This document shows, one piece after another, positions 38,040-53,161 of a stretch of 64,000 nucleotides of DNA. The position numbers and the translations under genes were made by a program. The stretch's first letter is position 1, and every line of letters begins with the position of its first letter. A model generated the notes under the pieces. It had not been told where the DNA came from, did no database searches, and worked only from the letters and a program-made list of their open reading frames with translations. The DNA is taken from assembly GCF_001194135.2 (NCBI RefSeq), contig NC_068988.1:46247296-46311295 (forward strand), given 5' to 3'. Source of the DNA: Octopus bimaculoides (lineage: Eukaryota).

Positions 38040-39180
38040 TTGGAAATATATAAAAGCTCAGAGTTCATTAGTTTGCCTAGACATTTGTATCTTTCATTTC
38101 CCCACTGCTGAAGTTCCAGGAATTAAAAGTACAAATGAAACCATTTTGAATGCGTTCACACATTTAATGTTACTATCTTTAAAAAGCAAATGCCATTAAG
38201 TATTCGCTGTTGTACCTCTTGTAAAAAGTTAAACATTTTGGATCATTTCATAATTATTTAAATTTGATGTCGCTTCATCAAACTGTTTATCCATATTTAA
38301 AATTAACTTCTAATTTAGATTTAAAGCTATGACTTCAACAAATTATTGGTATTTTGGAAAGGAATTGTCTTGAAAATTGAAAATTGATTGCTTTATAAAT
38401 GCTGAATTTTTGTTAGTAGAATTACTTTCCCCGCCAGATATGCTATCTCAGAAATGTAAAACAGTTAGAAGTATTCAATAATTTATTTACACTCATGCTT
38501 AATGTTTTCCATTTAAAGTCCATAAGATTAACTTCAAACAAAAAACATGTATTCATGTATTAATTTAATGGAGCCCAACCAAAACTTATACAGAGGTCGT
38601 AAGCAAACACGTACAAGATAATGTCATTATAACTTTAAAATATTGGTGAATTTAATCAGCAAAAGAAATTTTGTTCATATGGAAATTTTAATTTAGTTTA
38701 CTGAGAATATCTAGAGCTGAAGTTATATTTTTCTCAAGTTCTTTAACAGTGAGTTTCAATATCTCCATTTAATTTTGTAAGAACAGTGAATAAGTTTCAG
38801 AAACGATATTTATATTAAATCTTCAATTGAAAGACATTTAAATCATTGCTGATAACAAATAACTGGCATGCTTGAGATATAAGAACTTATTGCTTTCCAG
38901 GATAGAAATATCCTTTCAATACATGGTTGAAAAGATTACCATTGGTTAGGTCATAGTTAAGAATGTCTTTAAAATCTATACTCATAGATATTGAAAATGT
39001 CAAAGATTTTTGCATCTTGTTACCAACAAAGGTGAGTAGCTATATAATTTTATGATAAAATATTCCAAGTTCATACTGAAATTTTCAAAGCAAATTTTAC
39101 TGCATTGTGTAAAATGTGTTCATAACAACTGACTGTAACAACACATTCATTTAAAGAAAATATGTTATTAGAGAAACAGT
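38040..39180 (-). mobile_element. hAT transposase pseudogene
   Basis: EHILHNAVKFA, LEYFIIKLYSY, FQPCIERIFLSWKAI and C-terminal SFVLLIPGTSAV (hAT dimerisation-domain-like); many stops and frameshifts. Confidence 0.75.
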
Positions 39181-39240
39181 GTTGTTTTCTAAAATTAAAA
39201 TTTGCATAATCCACACTAAATGAAATCATTTTCTTAATTG

Positions 39241-39647
39241 ATTTATCTTTTATCTTTTATCTTTCACCTGTTTGAGTCAATGGACTACGGCCATGCTGGA
39301 GCACTGCCTCAAAGAAGTTTTAGTTGAATAAATCATCTCCAGTACTTAATTTTGTCAATATTTGTACTTATTCTATCGTTTTCTTTTGCCAAACTACTAA
39401 GTTGTGGTAACATATACACACCAACGCTGGTTGTTAAGTGATAGTGGAGGGCATAGACACAAGCATAAACACACACACACATACACATGATGGGCTTCTT
39501 TCAGTTTCCATCTACCAAATCCACTCACAAGTCTTTGATCAACACAAAGCTATAGTCGAAGACACTTGAGCCAAGTGTCATGCTGTGGGATGAACCAAAG
39601 CCATGTAATCAGGAAGCAAGCTTCTAACCACACAACCACACCTGCAT
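39241..39647 (-). mobile_element. SINE family A, full length degenerate
   Basis: Tail-to-head match with 14002-14353. Confidence 0.88.
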
Positions 39648-40424
39648 GTAATTTGCAGTATTTTCATGATAGTTTCTATAGACAGCACATTATCAGACTC
39701 ATTAAAGCATTAAAAAGAGAAAAATTGTCTCACGGCATTCATTTTAGTTCTCTTTGGGCTTTCAATTCAAATTCTGCAAAGATCAACTTTTCATTTCACC
39801 ATTCTGAAGTCAATAAAATTAAGACATTTTAGGCTATACGTGATTGCTGTTGTGGAATAGTACAGAACAGTATATCATGTTTAAGCCCTTCATACCAAGT
39901 TGACACTGTGTGCATGTATGTATATGTGTATACAGATACTCCGGCCACAACAGAATTTGGATCCTAAAACTGAGGTGCCATGTAAAAAAACCCAGTACAC
40001 TCAGTGGAGTGGTTCGCATTATGAAGGGCATTCAACCATAGAAACTAAACCAAAACTGATTATGGAACCAGATGCAGTCCATGACCTTGCCAGTTCCTGT
40101 CATGCCATCTAACCCATGAATGGTAAATGGACGTTTAATGATGATGGTGTTGATGATGATATATCCCATAACATGCTGCATGTTTTGGTAATTTCAAGTT
40201 TGGTAGAATCCAACATATTCCAAGTCTGAAAATTAATTCCAGTACAAGACTGGCAATTCATTTATTGACACAAAATGATGAATGGCAAAGCTGACCTAAG
40301 TAGGATTTGAACTCAGCATGCAAACAACCAAAGCAATTACTGCTTAGCAATCTACTGATTCTATAACAACTCTAATAATTGGCCTTATATACATACATAT
40401 AAACTAGCATATACATCACCTGTA

Positions 40425-41160
40425 TTGTAAATCAGGTAGTTCACGAAGGAGTCATAGACAATGACTGGTGCAGTAGCACCATAGTCAACTGCTACAAAGG
40501 TAAAGGTGATGCTTTGCATAGAAATAACTACAGGGGTATCAAATTGCTGGATCAGGTGTTGGAGAGGGTATTAGCCCATCTAATTATGGAGAGAATTAGC
40601 CAAGATGAGATAGTTTGGTTTTGTGCCAGTTAGAAGCACCACTGATGCTATATTTCTGGTACAGCAACTGCAGGAGAATTACCTAGCCAATGATAAACCG
40701 TTGTACTTGACTTTTGTTGACTTGGAGAAAGCCTTTAACAGGGTCTCCCAATCCCTTATCTAGTGGTCAATATGGAAACTAGAGATAGATGAGTGGTTGG
40801 TATGAGTTGTACAAGCTCTGTACAGGGATGCCGTCAGTAAGGTGAGAAAAAGTATAATAAAGAATTCTAGGTAGAAGTAGGGGTTCATCAAGGATAAGTC
40901 ATCAGTCTCCTCTTATTTATCATAGTCCTCTAGGCAATAACAGAGGAATTCAAGATAGGCTGCCCCTGGGAGCTCCTCTATGCTGATGACCTTGCTCTAA
41001 TAGCTGAGCCATTACCAGAACTTTCAGATGTGGAAGCAAGGTCTAGAATTGAAGGGCCTTAGAAACAATCTGGCAAATATCAAAGTTCTAGTAAGTAGGA
41101 AGGCTGACGAATCACAAATCCCTTCATGTAGATGGCCCTGCTCGATCTGTAGAAAAGTTG
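40425..41160 (+). mobile_element. RTE reverse transcriptase pseudogene fragment
   Basis: DWCSSTIVNCYKGKGDAL.RNNYRGIKLL, STTDAIFLVQQLQE, FVDLEKAFNRV, CPWELLYADDLALIAE. Confidence 0.92.
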
Positions 41161-41244
41161 GGCCTCACAGAGATAATGACAAAAGAATGAGACTTTGGAG
41201 ATAAGCTGTGATTGAGAAGTAAAGTGAGATCACATCCATGGCCG

Positions 41245-41708
41245 ATACCACTGTTGCATAACCAGCCCATGTAAAAGTACCCTTGAATCGTTGGGTGATA
41301 CATTGTGCTTGAGAAGACCTGTTGAGTCAAGTGAAATTGTAGTCTTGGCTGATACCATTGCTGCCTGACTGGCACCCATGCTGGTGGCATGTAATAAGCA
41401 CCATTGAGGCATAGGTCGATGCCAGTTCTCCCTGACTAGCTCCCCATGCAAGTGATGCATAAAAAGCACCATTTGAATGTGGATGATACCAGTGTCCTCA
41501 GGCTGGCTCCTGTGCCTGTGATACGTAAAAAGCACCCACTACACTCTCAGAGTGGTTGGCATTAGGAAGAACATCCAGCAGTAGAAGCCTTGCCAGATCA
41601 GATTGGAGCCTGGTGTAGCCCACTGGCTTGCCACTCCTCAGTCAAACCGTCCAAGCCATGCCAACATAGAAAATGGACGTTAAACGATGATGACGATGAT
41701 GATAATGA
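41245..41708 (+). mobile_element. RTE 3' UTR ending in (GAT)n
   Basis: cgtaaaaagcacccactacactctcagagtggttggc...ggacgttaaacgatgatg. Confidence 0.88.
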
Positions 41709-41829
41709 TGTGTGTGTGGGTGTCTCACTCTGAATATATATATGAATGAGAAATATGTTGAGAATGTTGTGGCTCAGGTCCAGCCTAAACAACCCCAGTT
41801 GAATATCGGTAAAAGAAAAAAAAATTATA

Positions 41830-42075
41830 TGTGTGTGTTTTGTGTGGAAACTGTGGAAGACCTTCATGTGTGCGTTTGTTTCCCACATCTTGACAACCAG
41901 TATCAGCTTTTTATGTTCCTGTAACTTAGAAGTTCAACAAATGAGACCAATAGAATAAATACCAAATTTCAAAAATGATTGGGAGCTATTTCTTTGACTG
42001 AACCCTTCAAGGCAGTGCTCCAGCATGGCCACAGTCCAGTGATTGGATTGAAACACATAAAAGGTAAAAGAATGG
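41830..42075 (+). mobile_element. SINE family A 3' half
   Basis: gagaccaatagaataaatacc...gcagtgctccagcatggccacagtc. Confidence 0.75.
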
Positions 42076-43487
42076 AGATAAAGTAAGCAAAATGCTAGCT
42101 TGGGTGCTTGTAACAGTGTTTAAAACACCTAGGATCCAAGTGGTGGTGATATGCTGGGCAACAAATTTAGTTTGAACAAAGAAGAACAGGAAGTATACTT
42201 CCAACAGAGATTCAACAATTTTTCTGTGAAGCAAATTTCACGTACATAGCTTTGATTGATTTGAAGAGATATTATAACACTCTTGTCTAAAACGCCGTGC
42301 AGTGGGATTGATTCAGAAACCCCATGATTACAAACCAGACATCTTAACCAAGCAGTCATGCCTATTTTTAGCCATATCTGTTTCTTCCAGTATTATAAAA
42401 CTGTATTGTATTTGCTAAATCTAAAATATTTATTATATTATACTTATATCATGGTACTCTACTATGAATGTTTGCATTGCTTGAAAGTTATTGACAAACT
42501 TTGTTGGTGCCAAAGGCTTTTGAGGCAAATGTATCATTCTTGTGACTAGCAAAGTGGATTTTGTCAATCAAAAGAGTTGTTGATTGTTTCTATTTTTTAG
42601 AATACAGCAGAAAATGATGATTTCTTGAGAATTTTTTTCATTTTTAGTTGAATTTGTTTCATTTTTTTTAGTTTGAATTTTTCTTTCTTCTTTAATACAT
42701 TTTTTTTTCTATGTTTTAATAGTAAGCTTTAAAAATTTGCTATAGAATTATAAATAGAAATAGTTTTAAGGTAATTTTGCTGTTGCTTCTTCATAACAAA
42801 ATCTATTGAAAAGAAATTTTGAACAACAGAAGAATGAAATAGGAAGAAGACGTAAAGATGGACATTTTCTTGAAGAATACTTGACTCCATTGTTTTCAAA
42901 AATTGCTATTTTTTCTTTTATGGTACTGTAAAATAGACTGACAATTTACATTCTTGAGTTTCATTAGTTTTTTTTAACAAGAAATTTTTGTGAAAAATTA
43001 ATTTTAAATTTCATCCTCACTCCAAAAAAAAAATGAATAAAAAAAAAAATAATGATGATGATGATGATAACGATGATGATAATAGGAAATCAATTAAATG
43101 AAAATTAATAAATCAATACTTATGGTGATAAGGGTGATGATGATGGGCATAGGAGTAAGTATTTTCAAGTGTAAATTACTAGGAGAGATCATATTCCTAA
43201 TTCATTATTGCAACTTAAAGCACGTGTGTGTATGTGTGTGTGTGTGTGTGTTTATATGTACATGACAGTATGAAACCGAGAGAGAGGAAGAGTGGAGAGA
43301 ATGAAATATTAGTATGCTGTTTGGAAATACACATGTAATGTTGAAGATTTGCACTTGAGTAAGAAAGCATATTTATGTGTGCTTGTCTGTGGAGATATAC
43401 TTTAAGGCATAATGTAACGATTTCCATGCATATACACATACACACATGCACACACACACACATATATATATATATACATATATATAT

Positions 43488-43534
<47 letters not shown>

Positions 43535-44072
43535 TACATATTTCTGTGTAAGCATATATATAAATATATATATATGTGTATGAATGTGTATATATACATA
43601 TAAATATATATATGTATACGTACATACATACACATATATGCATGTGTAAATGTATGTATATCGGTATGTATGCGTGCCTATACATGGCATATATGCATAC
43701 ATTTATATCACTGTATACAAAGGTATACACCATTCGTTGTATAGTAATATTTTGAGTTGAAACAAAACTATACAAATGTGCAACACCTTCGGAATACATA
43801 TTATACATCAAATAATGTAAGAGCATTTATGAGTAGGCACACTTGCACACACACACATCTAAATATTTTACTATGTATGTTTACATGTGTGTATATTTGT
43901 GTTCTTATATGAGTGTGTGAAACTATACAAATACAAATTTCTATGTATAATTAAACACATTCACATTTATATATACGCATTGATATACGCCTACATAGAT
44001 ACATTGAAATAGATGTTGATAAATATGCTCATAGACACACATAATTATTTCATGTATATATATGCTTATACA

Positions 44073-44140
<68 letters not shown>

Positions 44141-44259
44141 TACAAATAAATACACAGATATTCAAACATAGGCAGAAACTATAAAACTTGGTTCCACCAT
44201 ACATACATATATACATACATACATGTATGCATACATGTATAAATACATACATACTTACA

Positions 44260-44290
<31 letters not shown>

Positions 44291-44689
44291 CTGCAGATAT
44301 ACATATACTTATGTCTATACATGTACATGTAGACACACACATACATACACACACATAGAGAATCTGTATATGCAAGTAGCTATTATCTTTATTAGATCAC
44401 CTGAGGTAAATTCATCTTCAGAGTTAGTAATTGTCTTTAGCTGGAAGCAAATGAAATAGAGAAATCAGAAACAGCACAGATTTTCTTTTTGTTTTTTGTC
44501 CTGATCTGATCTCTGCCGATGTGTTTTGTTCTACAAAACTAATGATAAGATTTATTATAAGAAATACATTGTTAACAGCTACTTTTGTTGAAGTTCTTGT
44601 TATCATAGCAGTCCTGTGACATGATTACATGTATGTGGCATTGTATCTATATCTATCTATCTATCTATCTAACTAACTATCTATATTTA

Positions 44690-44865
<176 letters not shown>

Positions 44866-45879
44866 TATACATATATAAATATACACATATATATGTGTAT
44901 ATGCATATGTATATGTGTGTATATGTTTTTTGCTATTTTCTCCTGTATATCTATCTTGCTTAGACAAATTATCTCTTCATTGATTGTTTAGCTCTGAAGA
45001 CATAATCTACATTTTTCGAAGATACAGTCAAGAATCTCCTTCACAACTCTGAATAGGGGAGTGGTTGAGAAGTATCATGGCACTGAAGGTTAGAATGAAG
45101 AGTGTGGGAGAAGGAAGGTGAGTGGGAGTTTGTGAGGAGGAAGGTGAGGGGCTTGGAGGGAGGGGAACATACTCTAAAAGTTTCCTCTGGAGCTAAAACA
45201 AACAAACAAAGAAATAAATAAAAATCAAATTAAAATACATTTGAAATGAATACACACTACAACATACACATATATACACAACAACATCATCTACTGCCAC
45301 TGCTACAACAGTGACCACCACCACCACCATAATTACACCACTACATCCACCTATTTGAAAATTTTAATGGGAAAAAAAAAATGAAGAATCTATCAGAAAT
45401 GGGGAATATAAGAATCGTCTGTTAGTTGATCCATTCTTAGCTTCTCTGTTTCTAATCTACACTACTAATCAGTCAAGTTTCTGAGTTCTTTTGTCTTATT
45501 TCTACTTCAACTTTAGCCATGTTCATTGTCATGATATTTCCCTATTCCTAGCTATTTATCAGTTTGTCTGTCAGACTGTTTGTCTGTATACATGTATATA
45601 TATATCTTATTTTTAATCAGCAGCACGTACTAAATGATTCAACGAGAGAGTGTCTTTATGCATGACAATTACTGCCCTTGAGTCACTTTGAAACACTACC
45701 ATTTCAGAATAATATATAGGTGCAGGAATGGCTGTGTGGCAAATGGTTTGCTTTCCAATCACTTGGTTCCAGGTTCATTCCTCTCACGTGGTATAGTCTC
45801 AAGCTGGGCAAAGCCTTGCGAGTGTATTTAGTAGACAGAAACTGAAAGAAGCCCATCATATATATATATATCTATAGGC

Positions 45880-46365
45880 ATGACTAACCTAAAAATTAGT
45901 TTTAGTTCAACCACAAATTTAAAAAATCTAATTACATACAACACACAAAAACACCAACATGAAGCCGGCTGTTCCTCTAAAGATAAAGACTGGTGCCCAC
46001 TAAATGGAGCTTGCTTGACTGAGACCATCGTTTATGAAGCCACCATAGATTCTATGACTGCTAAGGACACAGTTTTGTCAAAGAAATATGTGGGTCTCAC
46101 AAAATGAAATTTTAAAGCTAGGTTCAATAATCACACCTTAAGCTTCAGACACTGGAATAAAAGAAAAACAACCAAATTATCCAGTTATATATGGTCCCTA
46201 AAAGAACAAGGTGTCAGCTATAAGATTCACTGGAAGATCTTGGCCAAGTGTAAACCTTATACCAACGACAGTGGAAAGTGCAATCTTTGCTATATGGAAA
46301 GATGGCTCATCTGGAAAAGTTCTTTAGACCCCGCTACATGTCTAAATTCAAGAACTGAACCTTTT
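45880..46365 (+). mobile_element. Penelope-like element GIY-YIG domain (one in-frame stop)
   Basis: CPLNGACLTETIVYEAT...KYVGLTK*NFKARFNNHTLSF...TKLSSYIWSLK...WKILAKCKPY...KCNLCYMERWLI...CLNSRTE. Confidence 0.92.
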
Positions 46366-46659
46366 GGACAAAATACTTGTTACGTTTTGGGGTCCCCAAG
46401 ATCACAGATAGAACCTGCCTTTTTATATTATGTTCATGTACAACCCTTTCATATGTCTTAATATTTTTTTATGTATTTTTATTGCTTTATAAATATATAA
46501 ATATTTTGTATGTTTTTTCCATTTTTTCTCCTTTTACAATTGTGTGACTATATACGCATGTAGTATTTGTATGTATAGGCATATATTAAATGTGTATATG
46601 TGTACATGTGTATATATGTGTACGAATGTATGTATATATATGTGTACGAATGTATGTAT

Positions 46660-47035
46660 NNNNNNNNNNNNNNNNNNNNNNNNNNNNNNNNNNNNNNNNN
46701 NNNNNNNNNNNNNNNNNNNNNNNNNNNNNNNNNNNNNNNNNNNNNNNNNNNNNNNNNNNNNNNNNNNNNNNNNNNNNNNNNNNNNNNNNNNNNNNNNNNN
46801 NNNNNNNNNNNNNNNNNNNNNNNNNNNNNNNNNNNNNNNNNNNNNNNNNNNNNNNNNNNNNNNNNNNNNNNNNNNNNNNNNNNNNNNNNNNNNNNNNNNN
46901 NNNNNNNNNNNNNNNNNNNNNNNNNNNNNNNNNNNNNNNNNNNNNNNNNNNNNNNNNNNNNNNNNNNNNNNNNNNNNNNNNNNNNNNNNNNNNNNNNNNN
47001 NNNNNNNNNNNNNNNNNNNNNNNNNNNNNNNNNNN
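46660..47035. other. Assembly gap beside a tgtgtacgaatgtatgtatata minisatellite
   Basis: Run of N. Confidence 0.99.
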
Positions 47036-47056
47036 GCATGGGTATGTATATCTGCA

Positions 47057-47089
<33 letters not shown>

Positions 47090-47694
47090 GCATATTCATA
47101 CATGCAGCATGTGTGAATATATGCCTGCCATGAGTGTGCATACATGTATATTGTGTACGTTTTTGTATGAGTATATTTATTTATATTAGTTCTAAGATAA
47201 GTGTAAGCATTTTTCTATGTGTTTGACAGTATAACATATTAAAAAGAAAGCCTATTTTCTATCATCACCCACATTGTCGTTAACATCATCGGCATTGTTG
47301 TCATCATCAGCATTGTCATCATCATCATCCTCATCATCATTACCACCAGCACCACCATAATGTACATAATTCCTCATCTCTCAAATATAGAAGTCTCTCC
47401 TGTTGATCCCATAAACTTGTTAGTATCTGGTATGCAGAGCTTTTAACTAGTAGCACTTGCATCTGTAAGTTGTTTGCAAAAAGAATATCAAAGTTGGTAA
47501 GTTATTGGTAAAAATGCTTTGCAGGATTTGCTATTACACTTTTATGTTCTCATGTCAGCTTTACCTTTTATCAATTTGTGGTTGATAAATTAGAGTATCG
47601 GTCATATATTGGGGTTGATGATATCAACTAATCTTCTCCCCTTAAAATTGCTGACCTTTTTGCCTAAATTAAAATCCATTATTAGTGGTACTAT

Positions 47695-47860
47695 AAAGGC
47701 TGTAAGCTGGCAGAATCGTTAGCATACGGGACAAAATGCTCAGCAACATTTCGTCAGTCTTTACATCCTGAATTCAAATTCCACTGAGGTTGGCTTTGCC
47801 TTTCATCCTTTTAGGGTCGATAAATTAAGTACCAGTGAAACTCTGGGGTTAATGTAATTT
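47695..47860 (+). mobile_element. SINE family D, degenerate
   Basis: Matches 16599-16760. Confidence 0.8.
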
Positions 47861-48136
47861 CAAGGCCTTGTGCAAGATTATTAGTAGTACTATAAGTAAT
47901 ATCAGCAGCAGTTGTGACAGTATTATAAACTTCATCACAACTGGAAAGTAATTAAAATTAGACTAATGAGCTATAAAGACAGCAAGCAATGAAACTAAAT
48001 AATTGAAAATATATTTATTTTTTTGCCTTTTCTCTAACTCAGTTTATCTCAATTCTTTCACATACACTCTTTCTTTCTCTCTCCCACTTTCTCTGGTGCT
48101 CTCTTTATTACATGCCTTTTTCTTCCTTCACCCCCA

Positions 48137-48170
<34 letters not shown>

Positions 48171-50155
48171 CTCTACTTATGTATCATTAAATTTCAAAGT
48201 TTCTTGCTGAACATTATAGATTTTTGATAAGATATTTTTCATTTGATTTTATAATGATTTCATTGTCTCAAATTGATATATGTATCTGTACATATACATA
48301 CCTGCATACATACATACATGCGTGCAGACAAGCACACACACACGTACATGAATGTGTGTGTGTATATATTTACGAATTTGTGTGTTTATGTGTGTGTGTA
48401 TAAATAGACATATATTTATATTCACATATGCATATATATTTACGCATAAATGTATATACACACACATGCACACCCACCCACCCAAACAAACACACACAAA
48501 TACATATATTAAATATTCTATAATACTATATTACAGCTTCATTTCAGTCTATTTTACCAATCAGTTGTGTACACAAGAGTTTGGGAAAACCAGTCATGGC
48601 ACCCACCAGAAGGGCTGGTAGGAAAAGTAAGACATGAACGCTTTGCCACTGAAAGTCAGAAAGTATCACATCTGATTTGTGGATGTTGTAAAAATTCAGA
48701 ACAAAAAATTTTAGGAAGAAATCTCAGAAGGGAGACTTTTGTTCATGAGAATTACGTCATTTGGAAAGGGACAAAATAGTGCCAACACAGTGTAGATTGT
48801 GGTTCAGGGTCAGGTGATGATGGAATGGGATTAAAGAGTGCAAGAGGTAGTGGAAGGTAGGGATAAGGAGGATTATTTATAAAATCATGTGTGGACACAT
48901 ACATGTATGTATATGTGTTTGTATGCAATAAGATGGCATGGCAAAACTTATGCCAATGTGATGATGGAAAATATTAAAGGTGGAGCCCTAATTTTTGTAT
49001 TCATGGTATGGTCAGCCACTTTCCAGTGACAAATCTGTGGCATGAGTGGGAATTTTCACTTTTTAGTTTACATAGGTGTCCAGGTGAAGAGAGTACTTTA
49101 ATATGATTTTTTTTCTCTGCTAAGCAGAGTATGCATTTCTTGTTGCAATTGAAAAAAACAAAACTAAAAAAGAACAAGGTTTTCATCACCACAATCAGAG
49201 GATTTGGCATAAGGTTTTCTCCACCTAACTTATTATATGCAGACAAACATTCACATACACATACACATCCATACATGATTTTACGATAAACACTCCCCTA
49301 ACTATACCTTCCCCAGCAAACACATCAATCTCAGGGACTTACCTCAGGTGTTTACCTCATATACAGAGATGGTTCTGATTGATCGCTATCCAAGAGACAT
49401 GTATCTTCTATGAGTTTTCTTCTACAGTTTTCATTCCAATTTTCTACAACATCAGTAAACCAAATCTGACATTCTCTGACCTATAGTAGCAAAGAGACTA
49501 TGCCACACATTTCCTTCATGCTCAGATGATGAGAGCTGAGATTAGTTTACCAACACTATTGCATACAAAGATGATTTGCACAATAGGCTAAAGTGAGTCT
49601 ATGATAATGTATTGCATATACTAATATCCTCACTCTGTTAGAAAACATGAATAAATGTTTCTCTGGCTTATGCATTCTTAGACAACTATATATATATATT
49701 TATATATGTTTACCCATCCATATACATGGATATACACATAGTGTCATACTAAATGTATACACACAGTGCAAAGTTAAGCTAATGTCATTATTTTCAGAGT
49801 TAAAATCTCTTTGGAGACATGTACTAAAAACAGTATATATCCTGATGTAAAATGAACATCCCCACAGCAGTGACTCATAGGAATGTTGGACAAGTTTCAG
49901 CCTTTTTATGACTTGTCAATAACATATAACTATTTGTTGTGAGGAGTTTGAACAAAATTGTATCCTTCAATATATGGAAAGCTGAAAAATACATTCATGT
50001 TACTGAATGCTTCCTGGGCTGTAAAAAATTCAGCGAATGCAATTGAAACAGCACTAAAATTAAAATCGCCCTCTGCACAAATTGTATACACACTGCATGT
50101 GTAGCTTGGCAAGTGTTCTACAATAGCAGTGGATATATAATTTACCGTTTCTTAC

Positions 50156-50208
50156 ATATCATGGCCAGAATTTCATTCAAGCATGAGACAAATGGGTATA
50201 TAGCAAAC
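50156..50208 (-). CDS. Candidate 53-nt exon (FAIYPFVSCLNEILAMI in its only open frame); unknown gene
   Basis: Acceptor gtgttgtgtccttcttcag and donor T|GTAAGA. Confidence 0.3.
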
Positions 50209-50568
50209 CTGAAGAAGGACACAACACATCTAATGTTAAGTAACTTACTGCTGCAGAGACATCTGTTATACATACATACATCCATACACACAAACATAAT
50301 ATATACACACATATATGTGTATGTATGTGTGAGTGTGTGTGTGTGTGTGTTTTCTCAGTCAAAAAATACAGCACCATACCTTTCTATGGTTTGTGTATAT
50401 TTAGTATAATACACTGATGCCCATTACAATTTAATGCTGTTTCAATTGTGCTCACTAATATATATGTATGCGTGTATGTTTTGTATGTATGTGTGTGCAT
50501 GCATTTGTACCTATGTATGCATATGTCTGTACCAATATGCATGTTAGTAATGGATAAATACCTACATG

Positions 50569-50640
<72 letters not shown>

Positions 50641-51672
50641 CTTAGATATATAATTATACAAAAATACACATATACACATATATACGTAGAAAACTATCAG
50701 CATTTAAATTAATTAGATTTAGTAATAAAGCAATGAAGATTTAGTAAAATTGTAATTCCTTAGATAATGACAGATATTTTTCATACAGCCACTAGCATAC
50801 TTAGTCACAAGCATATTCACACATACACACACATACGTACATATATATTAATAACTGTGTGTTTGTGTGTGTATATGTATATATATATCCACACACACAC
50901 ACATACATACATATGCATGTATATGTGTGTGCAATGCATATTTATACACACACATATATATACACAAGAATATATAGACATGCATATATATACATTAATG
51001 AAAAACAAATTGCACATTAACAAATAAAAGGAATATAAAACTATGATTATCACTCACTCGTCATTCAATCACATTCGTAGCAATTGATTTACTATTTCCG
51101 GGCTAATGTAATAATTTTGAAAACTTGGAAATTTTATTATAAATTCTTACAACCCCTCTTCCCCATCCCCTACAAACCACTCACCCATAATCTTATTCCA
51201 TTTTATTTTAATTTCTTTTCTGACTTATTTTCAAATTTAATTATTATATATATATTTTTTATTTATTTAAATATATATCTTTGACAAAATGCGATATGAG
51301 AAGTTATGCGATAGAATTTAATATATGTACCTCCCCGCTTATCCTACTTACCATTGCCATCATCAATTAGCAATCAGCAAAAACTGTTGTTGCTACTACT
51401 ACTGCTGCTTTTGCTGCTGCTACTGCTGTTGCTGTAGTGTAGTTGTTATAAATTGTTGTTCTTTTTTTTACTTTTGTGTTTTTTGTCTTTTTTACTTTTG
51501 TACTTTACACTTTTTTTTATATATATATTACTGATTTTGTTTTGGGTGATAAGCTGATAGTGTTTTTTTTTTTTTTTAGCTAATTGTCACAAAACAATAA
51601 AATGTTCTAATTTCCGGGACTACAAATTGAGTTTAAAAAGCATTTAGTAAGGTGGGAAAATTTAGAAATGTG

Positions 51673-51716
<44 letters not shown>

Positions 51717-52029
51717 TGTGTGTGTATATATATGTGCCTATGTATGTGAGTGTGTATGTATTCAAAAATGAAAATTAAAACTGAGTAAATGATATGATCT
51801 CTCTCTTCAAATTCTCTGTAAGTGATGCTGAAGAAAATGAGAAATGACAATAGTAATCAGCACCATCTTCATCGTGATTGTCATCATTGTCATCATCCCC
51901 ATCTTCATCATTCTAGCTCCACTGATTCTGCCATCCAATGTAATAATAATAATAATAATAATTATAATGATAATAATAATGATAATAATAATAATAACCC
52001 TTTCTACTATATGCATAGGGCCTGAAATT

Positions 52030-52207
52030 TAGGGGAGGGGTATAATCAATTACATCGACCCCAGTACTCAACTGGTACTTAATTTATCGATTCTGAAAGA
52101 ATGAAAGGCAAAGTCGACCTTGGCAGAATTTCAACTCAGAACATAAAGATCGACAAAATACTACTTTTGCTCAGTGTGCTAACGATTCTGCCAGCTCACC
52201 ACCTTAA

Positions 52208-52244
<37 letters not shown>

Positions 52245-52640
52245 TTATTTCTTTATTGCCCACAGGGGGCTAAACATTGACGGGACAAACAAGGACAGAC
52301 AAGGCTATTAAGTCAATTACATCAATGCCATTGATTGACTGGTACTTATATATTCAACCCCAAAAGGATGAAAGGCAAAGTCGACCTTGATGGAATTTGA
52401 ACTCAGAATGTAATGGCAGATGATGATGATGATGATTTCAAATTTTGGCACAAGGCCATAAGTTTTAGAAGGAGAGGGTTAGTTGATTACACCAACTTCA
52501 GTATTTGACTGATAAACTATTTTCCTTTGACCTTGAAAGGATAAAATACAATGTCAGCCTCAAAAGGATTTGAACTCAAAATGCCAAGATATAAAAGAAA
52601 TTCTGCAAGACAATTTATCTGATACTTTAATGATTCCATC
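52030..52640 (-). mobile_element. Three consecutive family D SINE copies separated by (TAA)n/(GAT)n
   Basis: Repeated gaaaggcaaagtcgacct..ggaatttgaactcagaa motif near 52100, 52370 and 52540. Confidence 0.8.
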
Positions 52641-52976
52641 AATTTGCAACTGCACACGACCAAAGCCTAATGAAACAAAGCAATGAAAACAGTTGTTAGT
52701 ATGAAGTGTAGACTCTTCAGTCCCCACAATTTAACAATTGACCACATTATTTCTGGTTGTTTGCCAAATCTTAAGTACAGTCATCAATCCAAAGTTAGCA
52801 TTTATTTTTCCTTGGTGCAATGCTGACTTTAGGGAGATACAGATATGATAAGCACTTAAACCAACCATACCCAGTCAAAATAATCTACCTGTTTTATCTT
52901 CAAATTGGCAAAATCTGGCCTCACACTTACACTATAATATTTGTCTAAAAATAAACAATCATGTCTTTGAAATCTC

Positions 52977-53044
52977 AAAGCTACAAGATAATGTGTGACT
53001 AATTCATATCAAAGCTACAGGATAATGTGTGACTAATTCATATC
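52977..53044. repeat. 34-bp tandem duplication
   Basis: aaagctaca(a/g)gataatgtgtgactaattcatatc x2, one mismatch. Confidence 0.95.
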
Positions 53045-53087
53045 AGAGAAAATCTGAATGCTAAAAAGGGTTAAGCAAAAGGCTTAC

Positions 53088-53161
53088 TTGGCCCCAAATA
53101 TCTGGAATATGCTTGTTCAGATTGACAAGGTGATCAAGGAAAATCATCACAGTATAATTAC
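53088..53161 (-). CDS. Candidate 74-nt exon (phase 1-0), NYTVMIFLDHLVNLNKHIPDIWGQ; unknown gene
   Basis: Acceptor ttccttttcttacttag and donor CAA|GTAAGC; single open frame. Confidence 0.35.

Noticed and set aside
38670-38780. MEILKLTVKELEKNITSALDILSKLN as a host exon
   Set aside because: Falls inside the hAT transposase relic.
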